DNA of 64,000 bases from sequence record PZ386953.1; one strand, given 5' to 3'. The stretch comes from a phage. Position 1 is the stretch's first letter. Each line of letters opens with the position of its first letter. The position numbers and the translations under genes were made by a program. Below are positions 47,114-55,570 of this stretch, in pieces. The notes below the pieces were generated by a model. The model saw nothing but the letters and a program-made list of their open reading frames with translations. It was not told where the DNA came from and ran no database searches.

Positions 47114-47374
47114 ATGCGTAAATTAAAAAATTTTGATAAAGTTGATGTTATCCTGAATAATTTTTACTACTGCAACAACAAGGCTATTTGGTGGCGTGAT
47201 AGTTCCACCGATAAAGTTAAGGCGCGCTTTCTTCAAGGGCACTGGCAAGGCCGCCCAGTGATTAAAATCATGGGGCAATTGGTAGCTTTCAAAAATTGCC
47301 GCCGTGCTGATGATATCGAAGATATCTTGAACGTTTTACGCTACAACAATTTTAAAAATAGTGTTGACAAGTAA
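47114..47374 (+). CDS. hypothetical early protein
   Basis: 86 aa; SD AAAGGAG. Confidence 0.5.
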   Translation: MRKLKNFDKVDVILNNFYYCNNKAIWWRDSSTDKVKARFLQGHWQGRPVIKIMGQLVAFKNCRRADDIEDILNVLRYNNFKNSVDK

Positions 47375-47391
47375 GATTAAACAAGTATACT
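47364..47391 (+). promoter_or_regulatory. sigma70-like promoter followed by 5'UTR hairpin
   Basis: TTGACA - 16 bp - TATACT; hairpin GGCGGGAAAAATTCCCGCC at about 47402-47420. Confidence 0.55.
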
Positions 47392-47448
47392 TAATCACAT
47401 AGGCGGGAAAAATTCCCGCCACCGCCGAAGAAAATAGGAGAAAATATC

Positions 47449-48072
47449 ATGACTACCGTTAACATTACCGCAGGTTACAATTTATCTTTCGACGTGCTGA
47501 CCGACGAACAAAAAGAAAAAGCCGTTGAAATGGTCCGCGAAAGAGAGGAAAACAGCGGTGATAACTTTTTCGCAGAAAGCGTAATTGAATACTATAAAGA
47601 ATATGTTTTTCCAGAGTATGGCCTTGAAGATACCGAAGTACATTGGTCAGGCTTTTGGTGCCAGGGTGACGGCGCGTCAATCAGTGCTGAAAACGTGGAT
47701 TTAGAAAAATTTTTGCGTAAAGTAAAGGCCCTGACCAAGTTCCGATCAATTCGTCACTTGTTCGGCACAATGCACGATGGCGAGTTATCAGCCAGTGTTG
47801 AACGCGACAAGTACAGCCATTACAGCCATGAAAACACTGTAAGCGGGTACATTGATACCACTTGGCTAGATCTGACCGCCAAACAAGAAAACAAAGTGGA
47901 AGACCTGGAAGAACTGATCACCGAGACGGTACGGGAGCTATCCCGCAAGGTTTACGTAGACCTGGAGGAGGCCTATCTAGAACAGTTCACCGCAGAAAAC
48001 CTGATCGGCCTTATCGAGGCCAATAACTGGCGGTTTGATGTCGATGAATATGGTGAGATGACTTTTTCATAA
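47449..48072 (+). CDS. hypothetical early protein
   Basis: 207 aa; SD ATAGGAGAAAA. Confidence 0.5.
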   Translation: MTTVNITAGYNLSFDVLTDEQKEKAVEMVREREENSGDNFFAESVIEYYKEYVFPEYGLEDTEVHWSGFWCQGDGASISAENVDLEKFLRKVKALTKFRSIRHLFGTMHDGELSASVERDKYSHYSHENTVSGYIDTTWLDLTAKQENKVEDLEELITETVRELSRKVYVDLEEAYLEQFTAENLIGLIEANNWRFDVDEYGEMTFS

Positions 48073-48080
48073 ATAAAGTG

Positions 48081-48108
48081 TTGCAATAACCTAAAAACCT
48101 GCTATATT
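48081..48108 (+). promoter_or_regulatory. sigma70-like promoter
   Basis: TTGCAA - 16 bp - TATATT; 5'UTR hairpin GGGGGCAAGACGTTTGCCCC follows. Confidence 0.45.
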
Positions 48109-48162
48109 AAAACTCAAGGGGGCAAGACGTTTGCCCCAACACAAAACAAAGAGGATAACATC

Positions 48163-48543
48163 ATGAAAAACACTACCAAGGCTATTGACACCGTTATGTT
48201 TAACCTGGTTACATTCCGTGAAGATATGAAAGATCTTCCTCGTGAAACAGTGTGCGACCATATCGAAAACTATCGCAAACTAATCAAAGAGTTGCCTTTA
48301 AAACGTGATCAATATGCGGCTAACGCCATGCTTAATGCCATGATCAAAAAGATGATCCAGTGTGATTTAACCCTGGCCTATGATTATGCAGGCGGTCGTT
48401 TTGCAGTATACAATCAGCCCGTGCCCGGTATGAGCACCACCGAAGAATTGCACGCGCTCAATCTAAAACAAGACGTGTGGGATAGTATGCCTCGCGTGGT
48501 GGTATGGGTAGAAAGCGGAAAGATTTACGGCGATAATTTTTAA
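48163..48543 (+). CDS. hypothetical early protein
   Basis: 126 aa; SD AAGAGGATAACA. Confidence 0.5.
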   Translation: MKNTTKAIDTVMFNLVTFREDMKDLPRETVCDHIENYRKLIKELPLKRDQYAANAMLNAMIKKMIQCDLTLAYDYAGGRFAVYNQPVPGMSTTEELHALNLKQDVWDSMPRVVVWVESGKIYGDNF

Positions 48544-48552
48544 TCAGGTAGC

Positions 48553-48580
48553 AGGCGGCATATTTGCCGCCTTATTGTTA
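48553..48580 (+). terminator. intrinsic terminator (weak T-tract)
   Basis: AGGCGGCA-TATT-TGCCGCCT then TATTGTT. Confidence 0.5.
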
Positions 48581-48607
48581 ATCAGAACTGTAAAAGAGGT
48601 ACATAGA

Positions 48608-48979
48608 ATGGAATTTATTATTTTGGCTGTATTGGTTGCCTTGTTTAACGCCTGGATCGCTGGCAAGATGGGAAGATCCGCCTTTTTATGGTTTATTATA
48701 TCTATTTTCCTGGGGGTGGTTGCAACTATTGTATTGGTTATCCTTGCAATTGTTGACAAGGGGAATAATAGAAAGGGTAAAGTATTTTCAGACCTGTACG
48801 ACGCTCAAACGTTTGTCAACGCCTATTATAGTGATCTTCCAGTCTCCCTACGCTGCAGCCTGGCACAACAGGTTTTTGATGAGGCTAAAACCAGAGATCA
48901 AGCCCATGAGATATGTTTAACTGAGGCGGATCGCCTATTTGAGAGGAATAGAAAATATGTGGGCCAACCGTTTAAATAA
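48608..48979 (+). CDS. small inner-membrane protein (two TM helices)
   Basis: ATG after AAAGAGG SD; MEFIILAVLVALFNAWIAG ... LWFIISIFLGVVATIVLVILAIV. Confidence 0.5.
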   Translation: MEFIILAVLVALFNAWIAGKMGRSAFLWFIISIFLGVVATIVLVILAIVDKGNNRKGKVFSDLYDAQTFVNAYYSDLPVSLRCSLAQQVFDEAKTRDQAHEICLTEADRLFERNRKYVGQPFK

Positions 48980-49089
48980 TGCCACGTTAATTAATCCCTT
49001 TAGTGAAGATTTGAAGCCAGCCGCCTGGCGTGACGGATTCAATAACGAACGCTTTATTTTCAGGCCTGATCTTGAGGAATTTTATAACA

Positions 49090-49215
49090 ATGGATCGAAC
49101 AACAGCGGAGATAATTTTTCTTGTGGTGTGCGTGGTGATGGTACTCCTGGGGGCCATTGTAAACCACGTCACTACTACCAGAAGGAAAGGGGGAGACGAT
49201 GACAACCAAGGATAA
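49090..49215 (+). CDS. hydrophobic micropeptide (41 aa), uncertain
   Basis: Internal Met of track ORF 49030-49215; TM segment IIFLVVCVVMVLLGAIV. Confidence 0.3.
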   Translation: MDRTTAEIIFLVVCVVMVLLGAIVNHVTTTRRKGGDDDNQG

Positions 49216-49318
49216 GCCATGTACCGATAAGGTGCGCCGCGTTATGGTATGGCTTGAGATTATCGCCCTTGAAATATTGCTAGGCGTAGGGATGTACTTT
49301 ATCGCTGTAAGTAACTAA
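49199..49318 (+). CDS. hydrophobic micropeptide (39 aa)
   Basis: GGGGGAG SD; ATGA overlap with upstream stop; TM segment VMVWLEIIALEILLGVGMYFIAV; terminator immediately downstream. Confidence 0.35.
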   Translation: MTTKDKPCTDKVRRVMVWLEIIALEILLGVGMYFIAVSN

Positions 49319-49322
49319 GAAC

Positions 49323-49350
49323 GGCCCCCGATCATGGGGGCCTATCTTTT
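49323..49350 (+). terminator. intrinsic terminator
   Basis: GGCCCCC-GATCAT-GGGGGCC then TATCTTTT. Confidence 0.7.
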
Positions 49351-49457
49351 AAAAAAATTTTTCTTCCGTGGTGTTGCAATCCGATCCGGAATGTGGATAA
49401 TAACAATCAACGGGGAGCTAATCCCCACCACCACAAAAACCAGAAAGGAGAAACAAA

Positions 49458-49658
49458 ATGAGCAACAATATCCGCGTTATTAACTTCAAAAAAGAAGAAA
49501 AAATTGCCGTGCTGATTGACGGTCAAGAAATCTTCAAGGGCGACTATGAAGATCATCAAACGGCGATTAGTATCACTCGCGTGATTGGTTACCATAATTT
49601 CTACCCCCAAGGCGCTGAGGCAGCAGTTAAACGAATCAAAGAGATTGTAGGCCTGTAA
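49458..49658 (+). CDS. hypothetical early protein
   Basis: 66 aa; SD AAAGGAGAAA. Confidence 0.5.
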   Translation: MSNNIRVINFKKEEKIAVLIDGQEIFKGDYEDHQTAISITRVIGYHNFYPQGAEAAVKRIKEIVGL

Positions 49659-49661
49659 AAT

Positions 49662-49706
49662 TTATTTTTAGATGGCCTTGACTTCAGGGCCATCAATAAA
49701 GTAAAT
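49662..49706 (+). promoter_or_regulatory. conserved 45-bp element, copy 3
   Basis: TTATTTTTAGATGGCCTTGACTTCAGGGCCATCAATAAAGTAAAT (3 mismatches to copy 1). Confidence 0.55.
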
Positions 49707-49749
49707 TTAAACCCTGTTAAAATAATCAGTGCAAAAAGGAGTAATGGTC

Positions 49750-50049
49750 ATGTTTATACCCGCCAATAATCTTTATTTCTTTGATGGTCAGATCGTAGAC
49801 GGTGTGGAAGTGGAGATCACTGGGTGCCCTGGTGGTCAGGCTATGACTTTTCGGAATAATGCCTTTGATGATTCTCGTATCGTTATGAGAATGGAAGTTA
49901 CAAAGCTGGACGACAAGAAAACACTCATTGACTATTCCGTGAAAGATCATCCAGACCACCACATGATCTATGGTGATTTGTGCATTGTTGACCGTGACAA
50001 GGTGAGCGGCATTGTGATCGCTATTGTGAACGATGTTTTCTCAAACTAA
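49750..50049 (+). CDS. hypothetical early protein
   Basis: Start chosen 8 nt after AAGGAG SD inside track ORF 49729-50049. Confidence 0.45.
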   Translation: MFIPANNLYFFDGQIVDGVEVEITGCPGGQAMTFRNNAFDDSRIVMRMEVTKLDDKKTLIDYSVKDHPDHHMIYGDLCIVDRDKVSGIVIAIVNDVFSN

Positions 50050-50066
50050 TTTCAGCAGGTGATTTT

Positions 50067-50417
50067 ATGAAAGTTAAATTATATTACCTCAATGAGCTTA
50101 ACCCGCTTGCACAAGTCCACGCCCTGGATAACGCTGTTTATTGTGAAAAGTCTATATACAGTGTTGAGCTTAACGCTATGCGTGAACGCCTTAAAGGCGG
50201 TTACTTTGACATCCATGCTGCAATCAACGGCCTGAATATAGAATTTATCCGCTTACGTAACAGCCGCCAGAATCTGGCAAGAATGGAACAAGATCCGGCC
50301 CACCTTCGTAAGCTGGTTATTGAAAATCATCTGATGTTTAATGCCGATGGTGATTATTACCATTTTCACCGTAAACGCTGGTACCGTAGCGGCAATATAG
50401 GAAAGAATGCAAAATAA
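50067..50417 (+). CDS. hypothetical early protein
   Basis: 116-aa ORF. Confidence 0.5.
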   Translation: MKVKLYYLNELNPLAQVHALDNAVYCEKSIYSVELNAMRERLKGGYFDIHAAINGLNIEFIRLRNSRQNLARMEQDPAHLRKLVIENHLMFNADGDYYHFHRKRWYRSGNIGKNAK

Positions 50418-50452
50418 GGCCCCTGGCAGGGCCTGCAGCGATATAATCACAT

Positions 50453-50486
50453 AAAGGCTATGCGGTTGCATAGCCTTTATTATTTT
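50453..50486 (+). terminator. intrinsic terminator
   Basis: AAAGGCTATGC-GGTT-GCATAGCCTTT then ATTATTTT. Confidence 0.7.
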
Positions 50487-50623
50487 GGCGTTACAGCGGC
50501 CCCCAAGGCGCTTAAAAAATTTTTAAAGAAGTACTTGCATCAAGTCCTACAATATGGATAATAAAGGGTGTCGGGGGGCGGTGAGGCCTCCAATCATTAA
50601 CCGGATAGATAGGAGTTAAAACC

Positions 50624-50908
50624 ATGGCTATTGTTACCGTTGGCGATGTAGTAGAAATGGAAGCCAAATACTTAAAAGCTGGTATGCATATCATACGGAA
50701 TGATCAAGAATTGTTATTAACCATGGTTGAATATAATCCCGGTCAGGATTATCCAAGCATTGACTACTTTTTCCAGTATGTTGATGAAGAATTAAAAGAG
50801 GATGAGGCTTATCAGGGTGAATTTTGTAATTTCTTTTGCTCTGATGAGGTTGTAAAAGTTATCTATCAACCTGGCGTACCTTTCCCGCTGCACGCTATCA
50901 ATAAATAA
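50624..50908 (+). CDS. hypothetical early protein
   Basis: 94 aa; initiation region identical to that of gene 46034. Confidence 0.5.
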   Translation: MAIVTVGDVVEMEAKYLKAGMHIIRNDQELLLTMVEYNPGQDYPSIDYFFQYVDEELKEDEAYQGEFCNFFCSDEVVKVIYQPGVPFPLHAINK

Positions 50909-50964
50909 ACCTGGCGGGGCCGAAAAGGCCCCCCAATTATGAAAATAAAGAGAGGCAAATCATC

Positions 50965-51198
50965 ATGATGGAACAAATTAAACGCGCCGAGGCTATTAAT
51001 GGCAACGTGATCTATTTTGTCAGCAAAAACGAAAAAGGCGTACCCTATGCGGCGGTAATAGTACAGCCTGACGGCGATTATTGGTGCACTGTGTACGGCG
51101 CTTATTCTTTTGGGCGTCCGGTGCATGATAAAATTTTGAAAGTAGCGAACCCTACCGGGAAAAATATTACAGCAGAAAAATTTTTTGAAAATAGTTGA
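50965..51198 (+). CDS. hypothetical early protein
   Basis: 77 aa; SD AAGAGAGG. Confidence 0.5.
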   Translation: MMEQIKRAEAINGNVIYFVSKNEKGVPYAAVIVQPDGDYWCTVYGAYSFGRPVHDKILKVANPTGKNITAEKFFENS

Positions 51199-51274
51199 CA
51201 TGACTATATAAAACTGTAGTATATAAATCAAAGGGGGCAACAAGCCCCACCAACCACAAAGAGGATAAAAAATC

Positions 51275-51454
51275 ATGGCTATTATTGCAAAGACCGAGAT
51301 CGTAGGCTTAGATTCTATTCTCCTCGCATATGAGGAAGCTATAGAAATGTATGTGGTTTCCTATGGTGAGTATATCCGTGAATATGAATCTATTGATCTA
51401 GCTTTTGAATGTTATATTCGCCAGGTTAATAAAGCGTACGATGATTATCGTTAA
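51275..51454 (+). CDS. small acidic protein (59 aa)
   Basis: Promoter TTGACA at about 51195, 5'UTR hairpin GGGGGCAACAAGCCCC, SD AGAGGATAAAAAA; just below ORF cutoff. Confidence 0.4.
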   Translation: MAIIAKTEIVGLDSILLAYEEAIEMYVVSYGEYIREYESIDLAFECYIRQVNKAYDDYR

Positions 51455-51545
51455 AATAGTTTGACAACAAACAACCATCTAACAAAGCATAATACATAAG
51501 GTGGTAGAATGATCCGCCACCCGGAACAAAGAAGAGGTAAACACC

Positions 51546-51791
51546 ATGAAAAGCAATAAAGGTTATAACGGTTACAAAAACAAAACTCATTGGAATGTAA
51601 GCCTTTGGATTAATAACGATGAGTCATTGTACCGGTTGGCCCAAGGATTTATTAACGCTAATGCTAATCGTAATGATGCGGCGCGGGATATGATGCTTTT
51701 TCTGGAGCTAACCGGACAAGATAAGACCCCGGACGGCTTCAAGTACAGCACTACGGCGATCCGTGCCGCGATGGTTGGAATGAAACACTAA
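51546..51791 (+). CDS. hypothetical early protein
   Basis: 81 aa; 5'UTR hairpin GGTGG...CCACC then SD AGAAGAGG. Confidence 0.5.
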   Translation: MKSNKGYNGYKNKTHWNVSLWINNDESLYRLAQGFINANANRNDAARDMMLFLELTGQDKTPDGFKYSTTAIRAAMVGMKH

Positions 51792-51868
51792 AAGCACATA
51801 GCCGCCTTACCCTGGGGCTGTAGTAGCGGCCCCATGAATAAGGTTACTAACAGAAGAGAATAAACACT

Positions 51869-51973
51869 ATGAAACAGAAATTAATCGATGCAGTGATCTT
51901 GGTTATTGCCCTGGGTATTGGCCTGATTGCAACCATGTCTAATATGATCTTGTCTTCCAACGGTATCGGGTGA
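51869..51973 (+). CDS. hydrophobic micropeptide (34 aa)
   Basis: SD AGAAGAGAA; MKQKLIDAVILVIALGIGLIATMSNMILSSNGIG. Confidence 0.3.
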   Translation: MKQKLIDAVILVIALGIGLIATMSNMILSSNGIG

Positions 51974-51982
51974 GGTTGGCAA

Positions 51983-52198
51983 ATGATCACTAACAAAACA
52001 GGCAAAACAGAATTTTTACGCAACTTACAGATCGGCAAGCCTGAGATCTGGTACTGCACTAAAACACCGCGTGACGAAATGAAAGACTTCACCGCCACGC
52101 TGCAACGGGTAAAGATATCTATCACGCAGAAAAAGGCCTTACTAGTGGTGGAAGGGGAGATCCCCCAAACCGTTGTTATAGTTGAGCGTACAGCATAG
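51983..52198 (+). CDS. hypothetical early protein
   Basis: 71-aa ORF. Confidence 0.45.
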   Translation: MITNKTGKTEFLRNLQIGKPEIWYCTKTPRDEMKDFTATLQRVKISITQKKALLVVEGEIPQTVVIVERTA

Positions 52199-52289
52199 TT
52201 TAATTTATACCGATACCCGAAAATTAACCAACAAAGCATAAACAGGCGGTTACCGCCGCCTTAAACGTAGCAGAAAGAGGATAGACACA

Positions 52290-52580
52290 ATGAAAAAGAT
52301 GATCGCAGTGGTTGCCCTGGTTGTTGGACTTAGTGCGCCTGCAATGGCTAATGAGCTGGCAAAAGAGGTTAATCTAACGGATATTCATGCCGTCAATCGA
52401 ATCGGGGTTACTTATCGCTTATGCCTTGCCACTAAAACTTTTAATGACGGTACAACAGAGTACTACGGGTTTGAGGGTATCCGGTGCGGTGAGCTTGCTC
52501 GCGACCTTAAGGAAGATCCAGACCTGGAAGATCTGCCCATCACCGTAAACGGTAAAGCTTACGTAAACCGCCAACAATAA
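52290..52580 (+). CDS. small secreted/periplasmic protein
   Basis: Signal peptide MKKMIAVVALVVGLSAPAMA; SD AGAAAGAGGA; 5'UTR hairpin GGCGGTTACCGCC. Confidence 0.5.
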   Translation: MKKMIAVVALVVGLSAPAMANELAKEVNLTDIHAVNRIGVTYRLCLATKTFNDGTTEYYGFEGIRCGELARDLKEDPDLEDLPITVNGKAYVNRQQ

Positions 52581-52596
52581 GTAAGGGAGATGTAAA

Positions 52597-52788
52597 ATGA
52601 ATACTGAACAAGTTAGAAAGGTATTGGCGGTACTGCGTTATCATAATCATAGAAAGGTCATAGACGATCCTGATTATGTAGATTCAAGCCTGGAAGAAGA
52701 CACGCTACAAGCTATCAGCCATATGCAAGAATTGCTTAAGCGCATGACAGAGAAAAACCGACCGGACTACATAGGGGGTAAAATATGA
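52597..52788 (+). CDS. hypothetical early protein
   Basis: 63 aa; SD AAGGGAGA. Confidence 0.45.
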   Translation: MNTEQVRKVLAVLRYHNHRKVIDDPDYVDSSLEEDTLQAISHMQELLKRMTEKNRPDYIGGKI

Positions 52789-53096
52789 TCGCTATTACGC
52801 CAACCGTTTTAGATTGGTATCGGCAACGCATAGCTCCTCCGCTGGCTATCTTCAAAGATGCGGAATCAAAACAACGCCGGATCTCAATACATGAGATCAT
52901 CAACCTTAACGCTGGAGGCACACCATACCGCCCAGGGCCTGGCCGTGAGATGGACAATACGTTAGCGATCCTGAAGATACGCCGTAAACGGTCCTCCCTT
53001 ACGCTGGACTCCTTACACACAATGCAGTCTCCGTTCCAGGTGACCGGGAAACGGATCGCCAGGTCCTGGACAAAGGCCAATGATCGGACCGTATAA
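52785..53096 (+). CDS. hypothetical early protein
   Basis: 103 aa, ATGA overlap. Confidence 0.45.
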   Translation: MIAITPTVLDWYRQRIAPPLAIFKDAESKQRRISIHEIINLNAGGTPYRPGPGREMDNTLAILKIRRKRSSLTLDSLHTMQSPFQVTGKRIARSWTKANDRTV

Positions 53097-53184
53097 ATAA
53101 AAAGTGCTTTGGTACTGATTTTGGGGGTTGACTTGTTCGGCCCCTTTTGCTATTCTTATTAAACGGGCGGCACTTGGGAACAGG

Positions 53185-53207
53185 GGGAGACAATCACCGG
53201 GCCTGCC
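53185..53207 (-). repeat. inverted copy of the 43.58-kb structured element core
   Basis: GGGAGACAATCACCGGGCCTGCC is the reverse complement of GGCAGGCCCGGTGATTGTCTCCC at about 43583-43605. Confidence 0.55.
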
Positions 53208-53315
53208 TGTCATATAAGAACTATAAAAACCGTTGACATCTGCCAGGTGGTGGGGTAACATTTATCTTGAAGGGGCAAAAGTGCCCACACAACAACCAGA
53301 AGAGAGGAAAACATT

Positions 53316-53588
53316 ATGTCAAGCTGGATTAATCAAGAAGTCGAATCACGTTTTAATGCTATTTGGGATCTCATCGAAAAAGAGGACGGAACATCAAGCC
53401 CTTATCTCAATAATCTTGAATTCCATTTCGTGGAAGCGATGAACGCAGAACATGATCACGAAGGTGGTGCGGATGAGTTCGCTAAAGGGTATGGCTTCAA
53501 CAATGCCAACGAAATGATCGAGGCGGTTGTACTCCAGGCTGAGGAAGATTATCAATTAAAAACGCTTGAATTCTGCCGCCGTAAGTAA
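53316..53588 (+). CDS. hypothetical early protein
   Basis: 90 aa; promoter TTGACA at about 53233, hairpin GGGCAAAAGTGCCC, SD AGAGAGGAAAA. Confidence 0.5.
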   Translation: MSSWINQEVESRFNAIWDLIEKEDGTSSPYLNNLEFHFVEAMNAEHDHEGGADEFAKGYGFNNANEMIEAVVLQAEEDYQLKTLEFCRRK

Positions 53589-53650
53589 TAAGATAATGAC
53601 ACGGGCCAAAAGGCCCACTAAACAAAAACCACATAAAGAGGAAAAACATC

Positions 53651-53914
53651 ATGAAACGTCTTGACCAGCTCAAACTAGTTCAATATATGGCTTATCGTGT
53701 TCTGGAAGTCCAGAAAGGTAGCAAAAAAGAGGTTTGCGAGAAAGCTTATAAGATCTTTACCCGCAAAAAAGATGACTGGATGCTACGCCAGACCAAAAAG
53801 GCTGACATCTTGGGGTACCTGGAAGAAGAGATCCGACTTGAAGAACAAGAAGAGATCCGCCGTAGTGAGGCAGATTATCAGGCAGCTTGGGAAAACTGGA
53901 TGAGCAACAAATAA
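53651..53914 (+). CDS. hypothetical early protein (charged, coiled-coil-like)
   Basis: 87 aa; hairpin GGGCCAAAAGGCCC then SD AAAGAGGAAAAA. Confidence 0.5.
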   Translation: MKRLDQLKLVQYMAYRVLEVQKGSKKEVCEKAYKIFTRKKDDWMLRQTKKADILGYLEEEIRLEEQEEIRRSEADYQAAWENWMSNK

Positions 53915-53980
53915 TACAACAAGTTACATGGTCAGGGGCAATAAAGCCCCTTGATCACATAAAAATTATGCTATCCTTGG

Positions 53981-54009
53981 TTGACAGGGATCGGCAGTTT
54001 TGCTATATT
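53981..54009 (+). promoter_or_regulatory. sigma70-like promoter
   Basis: TTGACA - 17 bp - TATATT. Confidence 0.55.
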
Positions 54010-54059
54010 CTTTTTTGAAGGGAAGTTGTAAGAAAATTAACTGAGAGGTAAAAAACACC

Positions 54060-54479
54060 ATGAACATTAAATCTGATAATCCGGCATATAGCTTTGATAA
54101 CGCTTTTTGTCACGGTCCGGCGGCGAAAGGATTCGAAATCGATGGTAAACTAATTATTGTCAATGTTGACGGGGAAGAGGTTGCAGTATATCCGGTGGCG
54201 GACGTTAAAAGCCGTCTACAATGCCGCATGGATGTTACCGCCTATCAGCTTGATCCGGTCCGCGTAGTTGCCCTGGTCCTGGAGGAAGAGATCAAAGCCA
54301 TGCATCATAGCAACAAGTTTATCGGTGACGCGCAAGATAATATGAAGGTATGCCGCCATAAAGTTAACGAAGTTCTTAAAGAATACGGCTTCAAAGATCT
54401 GATGATCAAGCGTGATGAAAAATTCCGCTATCGTAATGACCTGGCAAATCGAATCTATCAAATATACGAATCATTATAA
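54060..54479 (+). CDS. hypothetical early protein
   Basis: 139 aa; SD GAGAGG. Confidence 0.5.
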   Translation: MNIKSDNPAYSFDNAFCHGPAAKGFEIDGKLIIVNVDGEEVAVYPVADVKSRLQCRMDVTAYQLDPVRVVALVLEEEIKAMHHSNKFIGDAQDNMKVCRHKVNEVLKEYGFKDLMIKRDEKFRYRNDLANRIYQIYESL

Positions 54480-54497
54480 TTTCTTAACTGAACTATC

Positions 54498-54526
54498 AGG
54501 GGCTTTAAAAGGCCCCTTTCTTTTTG
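54498..54526 (+). terminator. intrinsic terminator closing the + strand early block
   Basis: GGGGCTTT-AAAA-GGCCCC then TTTCTTTTT. Confidence 0.7.
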
Positions 54527-55129
54527 TCTGTATTTCTCCTACCACAAACGGCCCCACCTGGCAAGTGGAATAATTGACTAGCCATCAATCCCACACACTG
54601 TACAAATATACATGTAAAATAGCTATTGCATAATCTTTCATTGTGTGGTAGCAGGGCCATTTTTACACGTTTTTCCTTCCAAAATTGCACGTAATGCCGC
54701 TATTGCACAAAATTTAACCTGATGCATATCTTCAGTGTCTTGTCAACAACTAAAAATCTTTATAAGTCATACACTTACACACTCACAAAAGCGTGTTCTA
54801 CGTGAAAAATCGAGTATAACTATAGCCGCCAGATCTCAGAATTTACGTACGTTCACCATTCTATAGTCTGCTAAGTATTTATTCCAACCATAGAATAATG
54901 GAATAGTCAATACCTGCATAAAATAATTATTCGTGTAAACTGCATAACATAAATCAGCTTAGGTGTCAACATTTTTCGTAAACAGCCTGAAATTATCACG
55001 GTGAGTTATCATAAACAGAGAAATCTTTAGTCGTCTAATGTTTACTGTACATTACTATACTTACTGGAATCATTAGATGACTAAGAGAAAGATAAGAAAT
55101 AATTAACAATACAATTATTTTATCTGTAA

Positions 55130-55570
55130 CAATAAGGCAACTATGCAAACGAATGGCATGGCGCGACGGAGTCGCGACATAATATAAAAGCAGTAACCAT
55201 CACCCCCGTGATAGTTTGTCTGCAAACTATTAATCAGATCATAGTTGCCTTGTATTTAGTTAATCATGACATAACAAGCAAGGCAACTATAGATCTGCTA
55301 ATAGTTGCCCTGCTTTTATATTATGTCATATATTATTAACCTGTTAATTGTCAGCTTATTGGCTGTTAGCTTGTCAATTGTTAACTTGTTAATTGTTATC
55401 ATGCAAACGAATGTCATGGCTTATCATCTTTGTGTAAACAGTCAATCATGTAAATGATAAGTATGTGAACAGTTATCCATGTAAACTATTAGACATGTAA
55501 ACAATCAGGTGTGCAAAAGTGTCATAGTATGTCACTATTGTGTCTAAAGTGTCACCAGTATGTCAGACAA
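55130..55570. repeat. iteron-like repeat array (candidate origin / regulatory hub)
   Basis: GGCAACTAT x4 in both orientations incl. a 29-bp palindrome around AGATCT; 20-mer ATGCAAACGAATG(G/T)CATGGC x2; TTAATTGT x4; ATGTAAAC x4; TGTCA x5 phased at 9-11 bp. Confidence 0.6.

Noticed and set aside
49392-49400. Single perfect DnaA-box-like 9-mer TGTGGATAA
   Set aside because: One isolated occurrence is expected by chance in 64 kb and it is not clustered with AT-rich unwinding elements
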